A stretch of DNA of 64,000 nt. Source: Verrucomicrobiales bacterium (GTDB lineage: Bacteria; Verrucomicrobiota; Verrucomicrobiia; Verrucomicrobiales; V1-33). Location: positions 15,103-79,102 of the forward strand of contig JANOAV010000072.1 in the NCBI GenBank assembly GCA_031411295.1. The letters run 5' to 3'. Positions 45,239 through 55,677 of this stretch are shown here, one piece after another. The notes below the pieces were generated by a model that had not been told where the DNA came from, did not search any database, and saw nothing but the letters and a program-made list of their open reading frames with translations. How positions within the stretch are numbered: position 1 is the first letter of the stretch; every line of letters begins with the position of its first letter. Position numbers and translations under genes: made by a program.

Positions 45239-46189
45239 TTAATCCAGCTTCACCCCGAAGGCTTCCAGCAGGCGGCTGAGATCTTCATTGCCGTAATATT
45301 CGATCTCGATCTTCCCCTTCTTTTCACCGTGGCTCACTTGCACGTGGGTGCCGAATTTATCCCGCAGGCGATTCTGAATTTTGGCGATGTGGGGGTCGTG
45401 GCCTTTGGTGGCTTTGGGGGTGCCGGAGATCGTGTTGGCGGGCACGGGAGCGGGCTTGCCTTCCAGTTCGGCCTGCACTTGCTTCTCGGTCTGGCGGACG
45501 GTGAGGTTGCCGCGGACCACTTGATCGGCCACTAAATTTTGCAGTGCGTGATCCCGCAGGCCGAGAATGGCTTTGGCGTGCCCCGTGGAAATGCGACCTT
45601 GGGCGAGGAGGCTTTTGACATCGGGGGCCAAGTCGATCAGACGCATGGAATTGGCCACGGTGGCTCGGTTCTTGCCCACGCGCTTGGCGATGTCCTCCTG
45701 CTTCATGTTGAACTCTTTGGCCAAGCGGCAGTAGGCCTCCGCTTCTTCCATGGGGTTGAGGTCCTCACGTTGTAAATTTTCGATGAGGGCCATCTCCAAG
45801 ACGTCCCGATCGGAGGCTTCGCGAATGATGACGGAAACTTCGGTGAGTCCCAATTTCTGCGAGGCGCGGAACCGACGCTCCCCTGCGATGAGTTCCAATT
45901 TCCCATGGACCTTGCGCACGATGAGTGGCTGGATGAGCCCATGCTCACGAATGGATTCCATGAGTTCGTCCAGATGTTCGTCCCGGAAGGTTTTCCGTGG
46001 CTGCATGGGACTGGAGGTGATCGTGGCGATGTCCACCTTGTTGACCAAGGTGGCATTCGGGTCGTCCGGCAGTGGAGCCACCGCAGCGGGAGGTAAGCCT
46101 GCAGCGGCGTTCTGGCTGCCGCTATCCCAGCGTCGGGAAGCCCCGCTAATCAGCGCGTCGAGGCCTTTGCCTAGGGATTTCTTTTGCAT
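45239..46189 (-). CDS. parB: ParB/Spo0J chromosome partitioning protein
   Basis: LGKGLDALI, QPRK.F, IAGERRFRA, ALIENLQREDL, HTH, GKIEIEY; start placed at MQKKSL. Confidence 0.93.
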   Translation of the reverse strand: MQKKSLGKGLDALISGASRRWDSGSQNAAAGLPPAAVAPLPDDPNATLVNKVDIATITSSPMQPRKTFRDEHLDELMESIREHGLIQPLIVRKVHGKLELIAGERRFRASQKLGLTEVSVIIREASDRDVLEMALIENLQREDLNPMEEAEAYCRLAKEFNMKQEDIAKRVGKNRATVANSMRLIDLAPDVKSLLAQGRISTGHAKAILGLRDHALQNLVADQVVRGNLTVRQTEKQVQAELEGKPAPVPANTISGTPKATKGHDPHIAKIQNRLRDKFGTHVQVSHGEKKGKIEIEYYGNEDLSRLLEAFGVKLD

Positions 46190-46323
46190 GGGATAATCGA
46201 AGTTGGGAGTAGGAAGTTGAACGAAATTGGGAAAAGTGGGAAGGATAGAGAGCAAACTCTGCACCCACATGCAAGCAGAAGTCCACGCACGCTGGGGTGG
46301 ATGGAATTTAACCCCAGCAATGC

Positions 46324-49047
46324 CTAATAAAGCTTAACCTTTGCGAGATAAATGGCCGTTTTCCCTTCGTGGCTGGAGTAGTAGCTGACCAGCAGTGTCC
46401 CATCCGGAGCTTCGGCCAGGCCGGGGTAGCTGGTATCGCCCCCGCTGGGGAGGACCAGCAGGGGCGTGGCGTAGCCGTCGGAACTGAGTCGGCCGACGGT
46501 GGTGTTGGCTTTCCCTGACACGAAATCCCGGCCCGCGTATATCATGCGGCCGTCGCTGAGGCGCAGGAAATTCGGGCCTTGGATGATTTCCCCAGTGTCC
46601 GTCCAACTCCATGTTTTATAAGGTGGAGCGGACGTGCCGTAGAAGGTGTGGCCGCCCTTGTGTTCATTGCGCACCAGCGCCTGCATGGTGTGATCCGGCA
46701 GGAAACGCAGCGTCGTTTCATTCGGCCAGCACTGCCTTCCGAGATCAGGATTACCAATGTTCTCGTAGGTTAGGCCATCGGTGGTTTTCCACAGGTGGAG
46801 TTTGAAATTCTGATCCGCCGCAGTGTGAGTGTAACTCATGCCGTAGGCGGAGTTCGCATCAGGAGTCACACGCCAGAGCCAGTCACCATCCTTGCTCACA
46901 GGCTGCGGAGTGGTCCAGGTGCGACCGTCCGTGGAGAAGGAAACACGGCTGCGCGCTCCGGCTAGCTTCCGTTTCTCCCCCACCCCTTCCTTGCCATCGT
47001 AAATGGATCCGCCGAGCGTGATCATGAGTCGGCCATCGGGCATAAGGCAAATTTTCGGATCGCGCAGATCAATGCCATTTTCTGTCAGGACGGCGGCGGA
47101 TTCCCAATGCTCTGCGTCCTTGCTAGTGAGGACGCGAATCGTGCCGTTGGTTCCTGGAACATGGCTGCTGCCTTCGCGAAAGACGCAGAACCATTCGTCC
47201 TTGTAGCGGATAATGTCCGTAAACGCCTGATGCCCGGAAGCGTCCCAGAGCCTCTGCACGCTGAGTAATTTCATTTCCGGCACGATGATTAGGTTCTTGC
47301 TGAAGCCCATTTTCTCCGCCGTCTGCGTGGCCCAAGACCAATCCTCCACCCGCCCTGTGATGGTAATCTGACACGTATCCGCAGCCATCGCCACGGCTTG
47401 CGGAATGTCGAGGTAGCGCAAGATGTTAAAATAGAATGGGCCTTGGCGGTGGCTCGTTGGCAGTTCCACCAGGCTCATTTGCGCCTTGGAGCCATGCAGG
47501 ATCACCTCATACAGGCCTTCCACGGCGGCCACACCAGTGAAGGCATGCGGGAGGTTAGGACGAAGCGTTTGCAGTTGATCAAACGGCAGTCCCAGCAAGG
47601 CGCAGCGACGCAGGAAATGACGGTTATCTGTGGAGGGCGAGGTAACGAGACCAGCGCCAGATTGCGACGGATCTGCGTTTCGTGGCGCTGGTCTCCTAAC
47701 GTCGCCCTCCACGGGGAATTCTGGGACGTTAGTAGGATTCCATTTCGTGAACACCTTCTCCCGCAAAGCCGCCAGCCATTGAGTTTTCATGGCTTCCCAC
47801 TGTTCCTTCGTTTCCGGCACGGGTGGGGTCTTGAATGCTGGAACGAAGGACTCATCGATGCGGGTGTTGATTTCGTCCTTCGGTAAATCTTTGAAGACGC
47901 GCAGTTGGTCGGGCTCGAACAGCGGCACGGCTGGTTCCTTGATGACGGCCATGGGGTCGGTGCCCTTGAGGAAGCGATCGAACCAATGGAAGGCTCCCAT
48001 GTTCAACGGTTGGGTGTCCTGATGCGGACCTTCTGCGAGTTGCAGGCCGAGGTTCTTTTCCTTTCCCAGCAAGGCGTAGAGCCGTCGGGTGCTGTTGTGA
48101 ATGCGCATCACTCCGCCCAACGGGAAAATGTCATCCTTGTCGGTATTGGAAATCAGCAGCGGTCTGGGAACGCTGAGCGCGGCAAGTTTATCGAAGTCCC
48201 AGCGATGGAAATTGTTCATGAACATGCAGTCGCAATGGCCTTCGATGCAATTGCCTAGCACGTGATCCCGCAGCGTGGTGATGCCCGCCGTGGGGCAGCT
48301 AACCTTTACCCGGTCATCCAATGCCGTGACATACCACGTGTAAGCCCCGCCGCCGCTGCGGCCCGTGCAGCCGATCTTCTCTATGTCCACTTCGGGTCGT
48401 GTGGTCAGATAATCCAGCGCGCGAATGCCGCTCCAAGCCTCCAATCCCGCTGGCGTGTAGCCGCGCGCCAGCCACCACCAACGGTTCAGACGATACGTCC
48501 CCCAGTGTTCGCCCAGGAACTCGCCCCACTGCACGGTATCGATCACCAGACAGGTATAACCATGCTGCGCGAACCAGATGCCGTGATGTTGATAGTGCGC
48601 TTTGTTGCCATTGCTGCGACCGTCCTTGCCCATCATGCCGCCGTGGCCGCAGAGGTAAAGGATGGTGGGCAACTTCTGGGTGACCTCTGCGGGTCGGTAG
48701 AAATTTGCCGTGACATAGAGCCCGGGCATCGCTTGGAAATGCAGTTTCTCCACTACGATGCCGGGTGCTGCCAGCTGCCCGGTAATCACGGGTTTCAGGT
48801 CGCTGCGGGCTGGTTCAGGGTCGAGGCCCAGCATTTCCTTCAGCTCCTGCCGATACCGCGTGCGCTTCGTTTCCCAGTCCGCTTTGGTCTGGACTTCTTT
48901 CGCAAAGCGCACTTCCAAGTCGGTGACTTCCTTTTCGAAAAATGCCTGCCAAGCCGGGCTCGGCTCTGCATTTGCCGAAGCCAGCATTCCGAGCAGGAAA
49001 AGAGCGAGCAAGCTGGCGGGGTAACGTAGAAAAGATGGGTAGCGCAT
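46324..49047 (-). CDS. Secreted alpha/beta hydrolase (acetylxylan esterase-like) fused to a BNR/sialidase-like propeller
   Basis: ILYLCGH, GCTGRSGGG nucleophile, GHCDCMF; C-terminal HQAFTD...FREG..H, DLRDP, LPSGGDTSYPG, VSYYSSHEGK; start placed at MRYPSF. Confidence 0.8.
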   Translation of the reverse strand: MRYPSFLRYPASLLALFLLGMLASANAEPSPAWQAFFEKEVTDLEVRFAKEVQTKADWETKRTRYRQELKEMLGLDPEPARSDLKPVITGQLAAPGIVVEKLHFQAMPGLYVTANFYRPAEVTQKLPTILYLCGHGGMMGKDGRSNGNKAHYQHHGIWFAQHGYTCLVIDTVQWGEFLGEHWGTYRLNRWWWLARGYTPAGLEAWSGIRALDYLTTRPEVDIEKIGCTGRSGGGAYTWYVTALDDRVKVSCPTAGITTLRDHVLGNCIEGHCDCMFMNNFHRWDFDKLAALSVPRPLLISNTDKDDIFPLGGVMRIHNSTRRLYALLGKEKNLGLQLAEGPHQDTQPLNMGAFHWFDRFLKGTDPMAVIKEPAVPLFEPDQLRVFKDLPKDEINTRIDESFVPAFKTPPVPETKEQWEAMKTQWLAALREKVFTKWNPTNVPEFPVEGDVRRPAPRNADPSQSGAGLVTSPSTDNRHFLRRCALLGLPFDQLQTLRPNLPHAFTGVAAVEGLYEVILHGSKAQMSLVELPTSHRQGPFYFNILRYLDIPQAVAMAADTCQITITGRVEDWSWATQTAEKMGFSKNLIIVPEMKLLSVQRLWDASGHQAFTDIIRYKDEWFCVFREGSSHVPGTNGTIRVLTSKDAEHWESAAVLTENGIDLRDPKICLMPDGRLMITLGGSIYDGKEGVGEKRKLAGARSRVSFSTDGRTWTTPQPVSKDGDWLWRVTPDANSAYGMSYTHTAADQNFKLHLWKTTDGLTYENIGNPDLGRQCWPNETTLRFLPDHTMQALVRNEHKGGHTFYGTSAPPYKTWSWTDTGEIIQGPNFLRLSDGRMIYAGRDFVSGKANTTVGRLSSDGYATPLLVLPSGGDTSYPGLAEAPDGTLLVSYYSSHEGKTAIYLAKVKLY
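47630..47712. repeat. In-frame coding REP-like inverted repeat
   Basis: GTGGAGGGCGAGGTAACGAGACCAGCGCCA / TGGCGCTGGTCTCCTAACGTCGCCCTCCAC, 27/30 complementary by hand alignment. Confidence 0.85.
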
Positions 49048-49156
49048 AGATTTTAAACCTCCACCGCGAGCTTGGGGCTGACGTGGGAGAGGGAGCAATA
49101 AAATTCTCCTCCGCCTTCCCGTTAAATCCCAGGCGTGCAGTCGTGCTCCCGTGAGC

Positions 49157-49192
49157 AAAAAAGCCCGGACTTGCATGAGGCAAGTCCGGGCT
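49157..49192 (-). terminator. Rho-independent terminator after the prepilin-like gene
   Basis: AGCCCGGACTTGC-N5-GCAAGTCCGGGCT, then a T-run on the minus strand. Confidence 0.85.
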
Positions 49193-49228
49193 GCGAGTGA
49201 TGAAATGTAGTTCCTAGAAGAAACTAGA

Positions 49229-49924
49229 TTAGTTGCTCATGGGGTTGAGCAGGTTGGCGGTATTAGTGCCGTAGGCATCGCTGAAGATGTCCACTTCGGA
49301 ACCGGATTTCTTGTCCTTGATCGTCAGTTCGCTGGGGTTCAGTTCATAGACCTTGGCGGCACCACCGATCCGCACGGCAATAGCGTAACGGCCCTTCCAG
49401 ACGCCGCCCTTTTCTTTAGGATCTTTGCTGTATTTGCCCGGGCTGCCGTCCACGCCGCCATCCATGACGATGGGGAGCGTGGAGTCGTCACGGTCAGAGG
49501 CCAAGCCACTGACATATCCCCAGTGATTCTCACCAGCGGAGAGGGCTTGGCTGAAGCCATCATCAGCTGTGCCCAGATCGCCATCGGCCTTGGTCATCTT
49601 GCCATGCCATGCGGAACCTTGCACGAAGAACAGCTTTTCATCATCCATCAGACCGGCCACGAAGAGTTGGCGGTAGGCGGTGTTGGAATCGCTGAAGTCT
49701 CCACCATCGGCAGTTTGGTTGGGGAAGACTTGGTCATGGTTGGAGGCATAGGCGAACAAGGCTTGGTGGATTTGGTAGGCCGAGCGCATGGCGCTTTTGG
49801 CCTTCATTTCCAGCATGATCTTGCTGTAGAGCGGGAAGACGCCCACCGCCAACAAGGCGATAATGGCGACCACCACGAGGAGTTCGATGAGGGTGAAGCC
49901 CCTCAGCTTGCGTAGGTTTTTCAT
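49229..49924 (-). CDS. Prepilin-type N-terminal cleavage/methylation protein
   Basis: RGFTLIELLVVVAIIALLA. Confidence 0.88.
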   Translation of the reverse strand: MKNLRKLRGFTLIELLVVVAIIALLAVGVFPLYSKIMLEMKAKSAMRSAYQIHQALFAYASNHDQVFPNQTADGGDFSDSNTAYRQLFVAGLMDDEKLFFVQGSAWHGKMTKADGDLGTADDGFSQALSAGENHWGYVSGLASDRDDSTLPIVMDGGVDGSPGKYSKDPKEKGGVWKGRYAIAVRIGGAAKVYELNPSELTIKDKKSGSEVDIFSDAYGTNTANLLNPMSN

Positions 49925-50191
49925 AATGTTCGGGTTTTCGTTTGGGTTTTATTTATGGTTATTATTTTATTGGCAACAGAGGATCCGGCGGCACGAGGGC
50001 GGCTGAATTTTTCTGCTTCCAACGCGAAATTAGCGATTTCAGGGATTTATGGCAAGAAAAATCGTAGGGATTTTCCCTACGGGATAGATGACTGTTCCAA
50101 GGAGTTAAATTCTCTGCTGCCGCTACGGATTGACAGGGTGCTAAAAATCGTGTTCTGCAACAACTGGTCCACGTTACCTTCGCACCCAACC

Positions 50192-53100
50192 ATGACAAAA
50201 CATCACCTTCCATTTCGCCTTATCTCCCTGGCTCATTTCCGGTTTGTGACCGTCCTCTGGGCGGTTGGCCAAGGTGGGATAAGTTTGGCTGGGGCGCAGA
50301 TCCCCATTATCCCGTCCGTGCCGGTCGAACAAACGCAGCTGCCCATTTTCGGCGGAACCGCTGCAGGCGCGAAATCCACCTTGCTGGAGCACAAGTCCCC
50401 GCTGGCCAATTTCCGGCTCCATTTGGAGTATCGACTGCCGAAGGCCACGAGTGCGGCCGAACTGCGACTGCATCCGCAGCGCACCTTGAAACTAACCGCC
50501 ACCGAGCCCAAACAGTGGCAAACGTTGGATCTGCAATATGAACATCTGGCAGGACAAACGCCCTTGGTCAGTGCCACGGTCAATGGCAACGCGGTAATTA
50601 AAGACGAGCGACTGCGGGATGCGACCAGCAGCCTCCCAGAGCAGGAGAAGCTGAAATTGGATCAGGATTTCACCGCCATGGTGCGTTTCATTACGAAGGG
50701 AGATGGAGCCTTGTTTGCGCGATGTCGCCCGCAGAAGTGGGAGCCGAACGCCAAAATGCTGGGCCTGCGAGATGGGCATTTGTTCTATGATATTGGCTGG
50801 CTGGGGATGGTGTCGGGCAAGCAATCGAAATTAACGGATGGCCAACCCCACACCGCCGTGGTGCGCTCCCAGGCGGGTAAACTAACCATGTGGGTGGATG
50901 GCAAAATGGATGGTGCCAAGCCGCAGCACATCCGACCAGATGCGGCAGGACATATTTTCCAGTTGGCCCGGGGCGCGGAAGGATTCGATGGCGATCTCAA
51001 GGATGGGGTGGTGGAGAATTTCCGTTATTGGGAACGCGCCCTAAGTGAACAGGAAGCGGTGCAACTCAGTGCGGGCAAGGGTGACGCGGTGAATACCCCG
51101 TTGGTAAACTGGAATGTGCCCCCCGTGCAGTCCACCTTTCCTCAGGGCGTGCCGGGCGTGCCCACGCTGCTGAGCCTAACTTTGAATGATGGGGCCGAAA
51201 TCCGTCAGGCCTGGGTCCAACCGCTGGCGGAAGCGGATCATGCCAGGCTAATCAGTCGCTGGAGCGAGGAATCCCTGGCCGAGGGCGCGAAAATTTACCA
51301 GATGCTCTGTGTCACTTGTCACGGCACCCTAACGCAAGAAGGATCAATGCCCACGTCGCGCCATTTCCAACGGGAGCCATTCAAGAACGGCAAGGATCCC
51401 TTCCGCATTTATCAGACGCTAACCCAAGGTTACAGCTTGATGATGCCCCTGCCGCAATACAGTCCAGAGCAGAAATATGCGCTGATTCATTACCTCCGGG
51501 AAACCTTCGTGGCCCCGCATAATGCCGCTGAGATGTTCCCCGTGAATGAGGCTTATCTAACCTCCCTCCCCAAGCCCATGCGCACGCTGCCAAAGGCTAA
51601 AGCGATGGAGGATCCTTCGCGCCAGTATGAGAAAATGGACTTCGGCCCGGTGCTCAGTTGGACCTACCAGGTGGGGCCGGATAACATTGCTTACAAAGGC
51701 CTGGCGGTGCGCTTGGATGAAGGACCGGGCGGCGTTTCCCGTGGCAAGGCGTGGATGGTGTATGATCATGACACCATGCGGGTGGCGACGGCTACCACGG
51801 GAAATTTCATCGACTGGAAAGGGGTGGCATTTGATGGTTCCCACGGCACCCATGCCAGCCTAACCGGCAAGGCCTTGTTTACCAATCCCGTGGGACCGGG
51901 GTGGGCCAATCCAGCGAATGGTTCGTGGGAAGACGTGCGTTTCCGCGGTCGGGACGATAAGCCCTATGGCCCCCTGCCGCGGGCTTGGATGAATTATCGT
52001 GGCATGTATCTCCACGGATCCAGCGTGGTGCAAAGTTACACCATCGGCTCCACGGCCATCCTGGAGTCACCGGAATTTATCGACTACGGACAAACGCCCG
52101 TTTTCATCCGCACCATTAATGTCGCAGAATCCTCCCATGATCTGAAACTCCGCATTGCGCCTGAAAGTGACGGACTGCAAATCAAACTCCTGGGGGCAGA
52201 TTCCTTGCTGCCGAAGGCCGAAGCCAGTTTCCAAGTGCTCACGATTCCGGCCGCCAGCACTCCGGCTAATTTCCGCTTGGCGCTGAGCAAAGGATTGGAT
52301 GCGGCATCCTTGGAGGCCCTGGCCAAGGGGGCAAAACTCCCCATGGACCTGGCCACCCTAACCCATGGTGGTCCCGTCCGTTGTCCGGATGTCGTTACCA
52401 CCGAAGGGGTCAACGGCAAGGACGACGGACCGTTTGCCACGGATATCCTAACGCATCCCGATGCAGCGGGAAATCCCTGGCAGAGCTGGTTGCGGCTGAC
52501 GGGATTCGATTTCACCGCCGATGGCAAACGTGCCGCCGTGTGCACGTGGATGGGCGATGTCTGGATGGTGGATGGGGTGGGGGCAGAGCCGTTAGGGAAA
52601 CTGCAATGGCACCGCATCGCGACCGGATTTTTCCAGCCCCTGGGGCTGAAAATCGTCGATGGCACCATCTTCGTGACCTGCCGGGACCAGATCGCCAAAC
52701 TCCATGACGCCAACCAGGATGGGGAGATTGATTTCATCGAGTGCTTCAACAACGACCAGCAAGTCACGGAGCATTTCCATGAATTCGCCATGGGCCTGCA
52801 GACCGATGCAGAGGGGAATTTCTACTACGCCAAATCCGCCCGTCACGCGCTGCCCGCCGTGGTGCAACAGCACGGCACGCTGCTCAGGGTGAGCGCGGAC
52901 GGCACGCGCACGGACATTCTGGCCACGGGCTTCCGGGCGGCCAACGGTGTTTGTCTGAATCCGGATGGCACCTTCTTCGTCACGGATCAGGAAGGACACT
53001 GGACACCGAAGAACCGGATCAATCTGGTCATGGGCAAAGGCCCGCAAGAGTTCTATGGCAATATGTTTGGCTATCATGATATCACCGACACCCGGGACAG

Positions 53101-53764
53101 TGCCATGCGCCCGCCGGTCTGCTGGATTACCAACGCCTTTGATCGGTCCCCGTCAGAGTTGGTGTGGGTGCCGCAAAACGCCAAGTGGGGGGCGCTGAAT
53201 GGCTCTCTGTTGAACCTCTCCTATGGTTATGGGAAAATTTACACCGTGCCCTACGAAGCCAACGGCAGCACGCCGCAAGGTGGCATGTGTGAGCTGCCCA
53301 TGCCCCAATTCCCCACCGGAGTCATGCGCGGACGCTTCCATCCTCAGAACGGTCAATTCTATGCCTGCGGAATGTTCGCCTGGGCCAGCAATCAAAGCCA
53401 GCCCGGTGGATTCTACCGCGTGCGGGCCACTGGGAAACCAGCGCTGCAGCCGCTCGGATTACATTTTGCCAAAGGTTCGGTGCAGATCAAATTCAGCGAC
53501 CCCTTGGACGCCAGCGCCATCGACAAATCCCGCTACTCGCTCAAAGCCTGGGGCCTGAAACGAGCCGCCAACTACGGTAGCAAACACGAGCAAGAACATT
53601 CGCTGAAAGTGACCGCGGCTAAACTAACAGATGGTCACACGTTGCAACTCACGGTGCCGGAATTGGCGGTCACTCAGGGATTGGAGATCCTCTGCAAACT
53701 CAAACAAGCCAATGGCACGGATACCGAACGCGTGATCCACGGCTCGATCAATACCCTGGAGTAG
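50192..53764 (+). CDS. DUF6797-type secreted protein: LamG-like domain, c-type heme domain, beta-propeller
   Basis: CVTCHG heme motif; NIAYKGLAVRLD, EHFHEFAMGLQTD..GNFYYAKSARH, ATGFRAANG, TDQEGHWTPKNRIN; start placed at MTKHHL. Confidence 0.75.
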   Translation: MTKHHLPFRLISLAHFRFVTVLWAVGQGGISLAGAQIPIIPSVPVEQTQLPIFGGTAAGAKSTLLEHKSPLANFRLHLEYRLPKATSAAELRLHPQRTLKLTATEPKQWQTLDLQYEHLAGQTPLVSATVNGNAVIKDERLRDATSSLPEQEKLKLDQDFTAMVRFITKGDGALFARCRPQKWEPNAKMLGLRDGHLFYDIGWLGMVSGKQSKLTDGQPHTAVVRSQAGKLTMWVDGKMDGAKPQHIRPDAAGHIFQLARGAEGFDGDLKDGVVENFRYWERALSEQEAVQLSAGKGDAVNTPLVNWNVPPVQSTFPQGVPGVPTLLSLTLNDGAEIRQAWVQPLAEADHARLISRWSEESLAEGAKIYQMLCVTCHGTLTQEGSMPTSRHFQREPFKNGKDPFRIYQTLTQGYSLMMPLPQYSPEQKYALIHYLRETFVAPHNAAEMFPVNEAYLTSLPKPMRTLPKAKAMEDPSRQYEKMDFGPVLSWTYQVGPDNIAYKGLAVRLDEGPGGVSRGKAWMVYDHDTMRVATATTGNFIDWKGVAFDGSHGTHASLTGKALFTNPVGPGWANPANGSWEDVRFRGRDDKPYGPLPRAWMNYRGMYLHGSSVVQSYTIGSTAILESPEFIDYGQTPVFIRTINVAESSHDLKLRIAPESDGLQIKLLGADSLLPKAEASFQVLTIPAASTPANFRLALSKGLDAASLEALAKGAKLPMDLATLTHGGPVRCPDVVTTEGVNGKDDGPFATDILTHPDAAGNPWQSWLRLTGFDFTADGKRAAVCTWMGDVWMVDGVGAEPLGKLQWHRIATGFFQPLGLKIVDGTIFVTCRDQIAKLHDANQDGEIDFIECFNNDQQVTEHFHEFAMGLQTDAEGNFYYAKSARHALPAVVQQHGTLLRVSADGTRTDILATGFRAANGVCLNPDGTFFVTDQEGHWTPKNRINLVMGKGPQEFYGNMFGYHDITDTRDSAMRPPVCWITNAFDRSPSELVWVPQNAKWGALNGSLLNLSYGYGKIYTVPYEANGSTPQGGMCELPMPQFPTGVMRGRFHPQNGQFYACGMFAWASNQSQPGGFYRVRATGKPALQPLGLHFAKGSVQIKFSDPLDASAIDKSRYSLKAWGLKRAANYGSKHEQEHSLKVTAAKLTDGHTLQLTVPELAVTQGLEILCKLKQANGTDTERVIHGSINTLE

Positions 53765-53775
53765 GCCCCGGATTC

Positions 53776-55506
53776 CTACCGAGATGGCGCATGCTCCTCT
53801 GACGACAAAAGTCCCAAGGCGCGCTGCAAGGCGGTGATGATGCGGGTTTGTTGCTCCAATGGTTTGACCGCCAGGCGCAGTGCCCGGTCACCCAGCGTGC
53901 GACCCATGACGGACGCATCCCGTAGGAAGACGCCTTCTTTCCGGCAAGCAGTTACAATCTCTGCTGCGGTCGGTTGGTCGTCTCGCAAATGGCAGAGGAT
54001 AAAGTTCGCGCAGCCCGACATCACATCGAAGCCCAAGCCCCGCAGGTTGGTGCTCAAGGTCTCGCGGAGTTTGCGTGTCTCCTCGTAGCGGGCGGCGTAG
54101 TAGGCAGGATCCTGCAGGGCTCGCACGGCCGCTACTTGCGCGGGCAGGCTGACCACCCAGGGCGGAGTCAGGGCACGCAGTGGCTCCAAGAGCATGGGCG
54201 GCCCGCAAAGATACGCTGCCCGCATCCCGCTGAGGGCATAAACTTTCGACAGGGACTTGCAGACAACGATCTGTCGGCTGGCGGCAGCGATGTCTTCCAG
54301 ACTTTCGTGAGCCGAAACGTAATCTGTATAAGTCTCATCAATCCACAGTCGGGTCTGCGGATGTAGCATTTCCAACAGTGGCAGCAACGCTGCGCGGGAA
54401 AGATGCTGTCCCGTTGGACTGTTAGGGTTTACCAGCACGATCAAGTCATAGCCATGTCGGAACGCCTCGCGCAGGCGCTCGATTGGCACGGCGTAATCTT
54501 GCTCCCGGCAGAGCGGCAGTCGCTCCACTTGGCAGCGGATCACCTTTTCCAGAATATGCGCGTATTCGCCATAGGTGGGATCCAGCAACAGCACGCGAGA
54601 TCCTGCGTTCACCCATTGCGGCAGCGCGCGAAACATGAGATCCGATGACCCTGCGCCCACGAGCACGGCTGCGGCAGGCACTCCTCGAAATTCGGCAATC
54701 GCAGCCCGCAACCCGCCACAATCCGTGGGCGGAGAAGTTCTCGCCAGCCATGGCAAATGCTCTTGGAGCGCGGAGATCACCCCTGGGGCAGGATCGAACC
54801 AAGCGTCCAGCACATCCGCGTTGATAATCTCGTGACGTCGTTCCAGAGTTGCGAAGTCCTCGCCAATTGCCTGGAAAAACGCCCCGCCGTGGAAGCAGGC
54901 GGCGGGTTTCCGGAACGGCATGGGCAGTTCCCATTGCACCTTCGTGGCGGCTTTCCCTAACGGAAGATCCAGGGAGGGCAGATTCGCATTCAACTGGGCC
55001 ACCGTGGCATGGAGCAATTCATACTGCACACTGCCGGAAACGGTGCGCAGGCCGGATTGATTCAATCCGCTTCGGACATACATTCCCAACACCTCCAGCC
55101 TGCCAATGGCGACTATCATGTTACCCTCATGGGCTTCCACCCAGCGCAGGGCCGCATACATCAACAGCAGCGCCCATTCCCGTCCCCGATGCGCTGCCAT
55201 CACCGTCAGTAATCGCACCTCCCAAGTCCCGGAATCAATGGTGACTGGCAGCTCCTCCCGGCGGAAATATTTATCGATCGAATACGACTGACCATCCGGA
55301 GGAGTGAGGCTCACGAATCCTACCAGACGATCACCCTCCCGGGCGACAAGATAGACGTTGCGATCATCCAAGGCGTCCCGCAGCGTCCGTTCCGAGCGCA
55401 AGGCGTGCTGCCCCAACTCGGCGGCATAGACCTGATGTCTGAGCCGATAAATCTCCTCCCGGTCTGCCAGAGATGCTACGGTCAACGTGGTTTTGGCGAT
55501 GGTCAT
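53776..55506 (-). CDS. GNAT/N-acyltransferase - PLP class I/II aminotransferase (HisC/CobD-like) fusion
   Basis: N-terminal DREEIYRLRHQVYAAELGQ...EVRLLTV...RG; C-terminal HGG, PTYGEY, VNPNSPTG, IDETY, KSLSKVYALSGMRAAY; start uncertain (55506 or 55557). Confidence 0.82.
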   Translation of the reverse strand: MTIAKTTLTVASLADREEIYRLRHQVYAAELGQHALRSERTLRDALDDRNVYLVAREGDRLVGFVSLTPPDGQSYSIDKYFRREELPVTIDSGTWEVRLLTVMAAHRGREWALLLMYAALRWVEAHEGNMIVAIGRLEVLGMYVRSGLNQSGLRTVSGSVQYELLHATVAQLNANLPSLDLPLGKAATKVQWELPMPFRKPAACFHGGAFFQAIGEDFATLERRHEIINADVLDAWFDPAPGVISALQEHLPWLARTSPPTDCGGLRAAIAEFRGVPAAAVLVGAGSSDLMFRALPQWVNAGSRVLLLDPTYGEYAHILEKVIRCQVERLPLCREQDYAVPIERLREAFRHGYDLIVLVNPNSPTGQHLSRAALLPLLEMLHPQTRLWIDETYTDYVSAHESLEDIAAASRQIVVCKSLSKVYALSGMRAAYLCGPPMLLEPLRALTPPWVVSLPAQVAAVRALQDPAYYAARYEETRKLRETLSTNLRGLGFDVMSGCANFILCHLRDDQPTAAEIVTACRKEGVFLRDASVMGRTLGDRALRLAVKPLEQQTRIITALQRALGLLSSEEHAPSR

Positions 55507-55677
55507 CGGCTGACCAACCGTTGCCGGTGCTTGTAAAGTCAAAGGAGTGAGTTGCATAGGGTGCCACGCTACGCAGTGCGTGCAGCAGCAGATAATCGAT
55601 AATCCCGATTCAAGCATCAAGAAAACTGATCTTTGCCCGCATCAGCTTTAGCTTGCCACGGAAACCGACGGGCAGGG

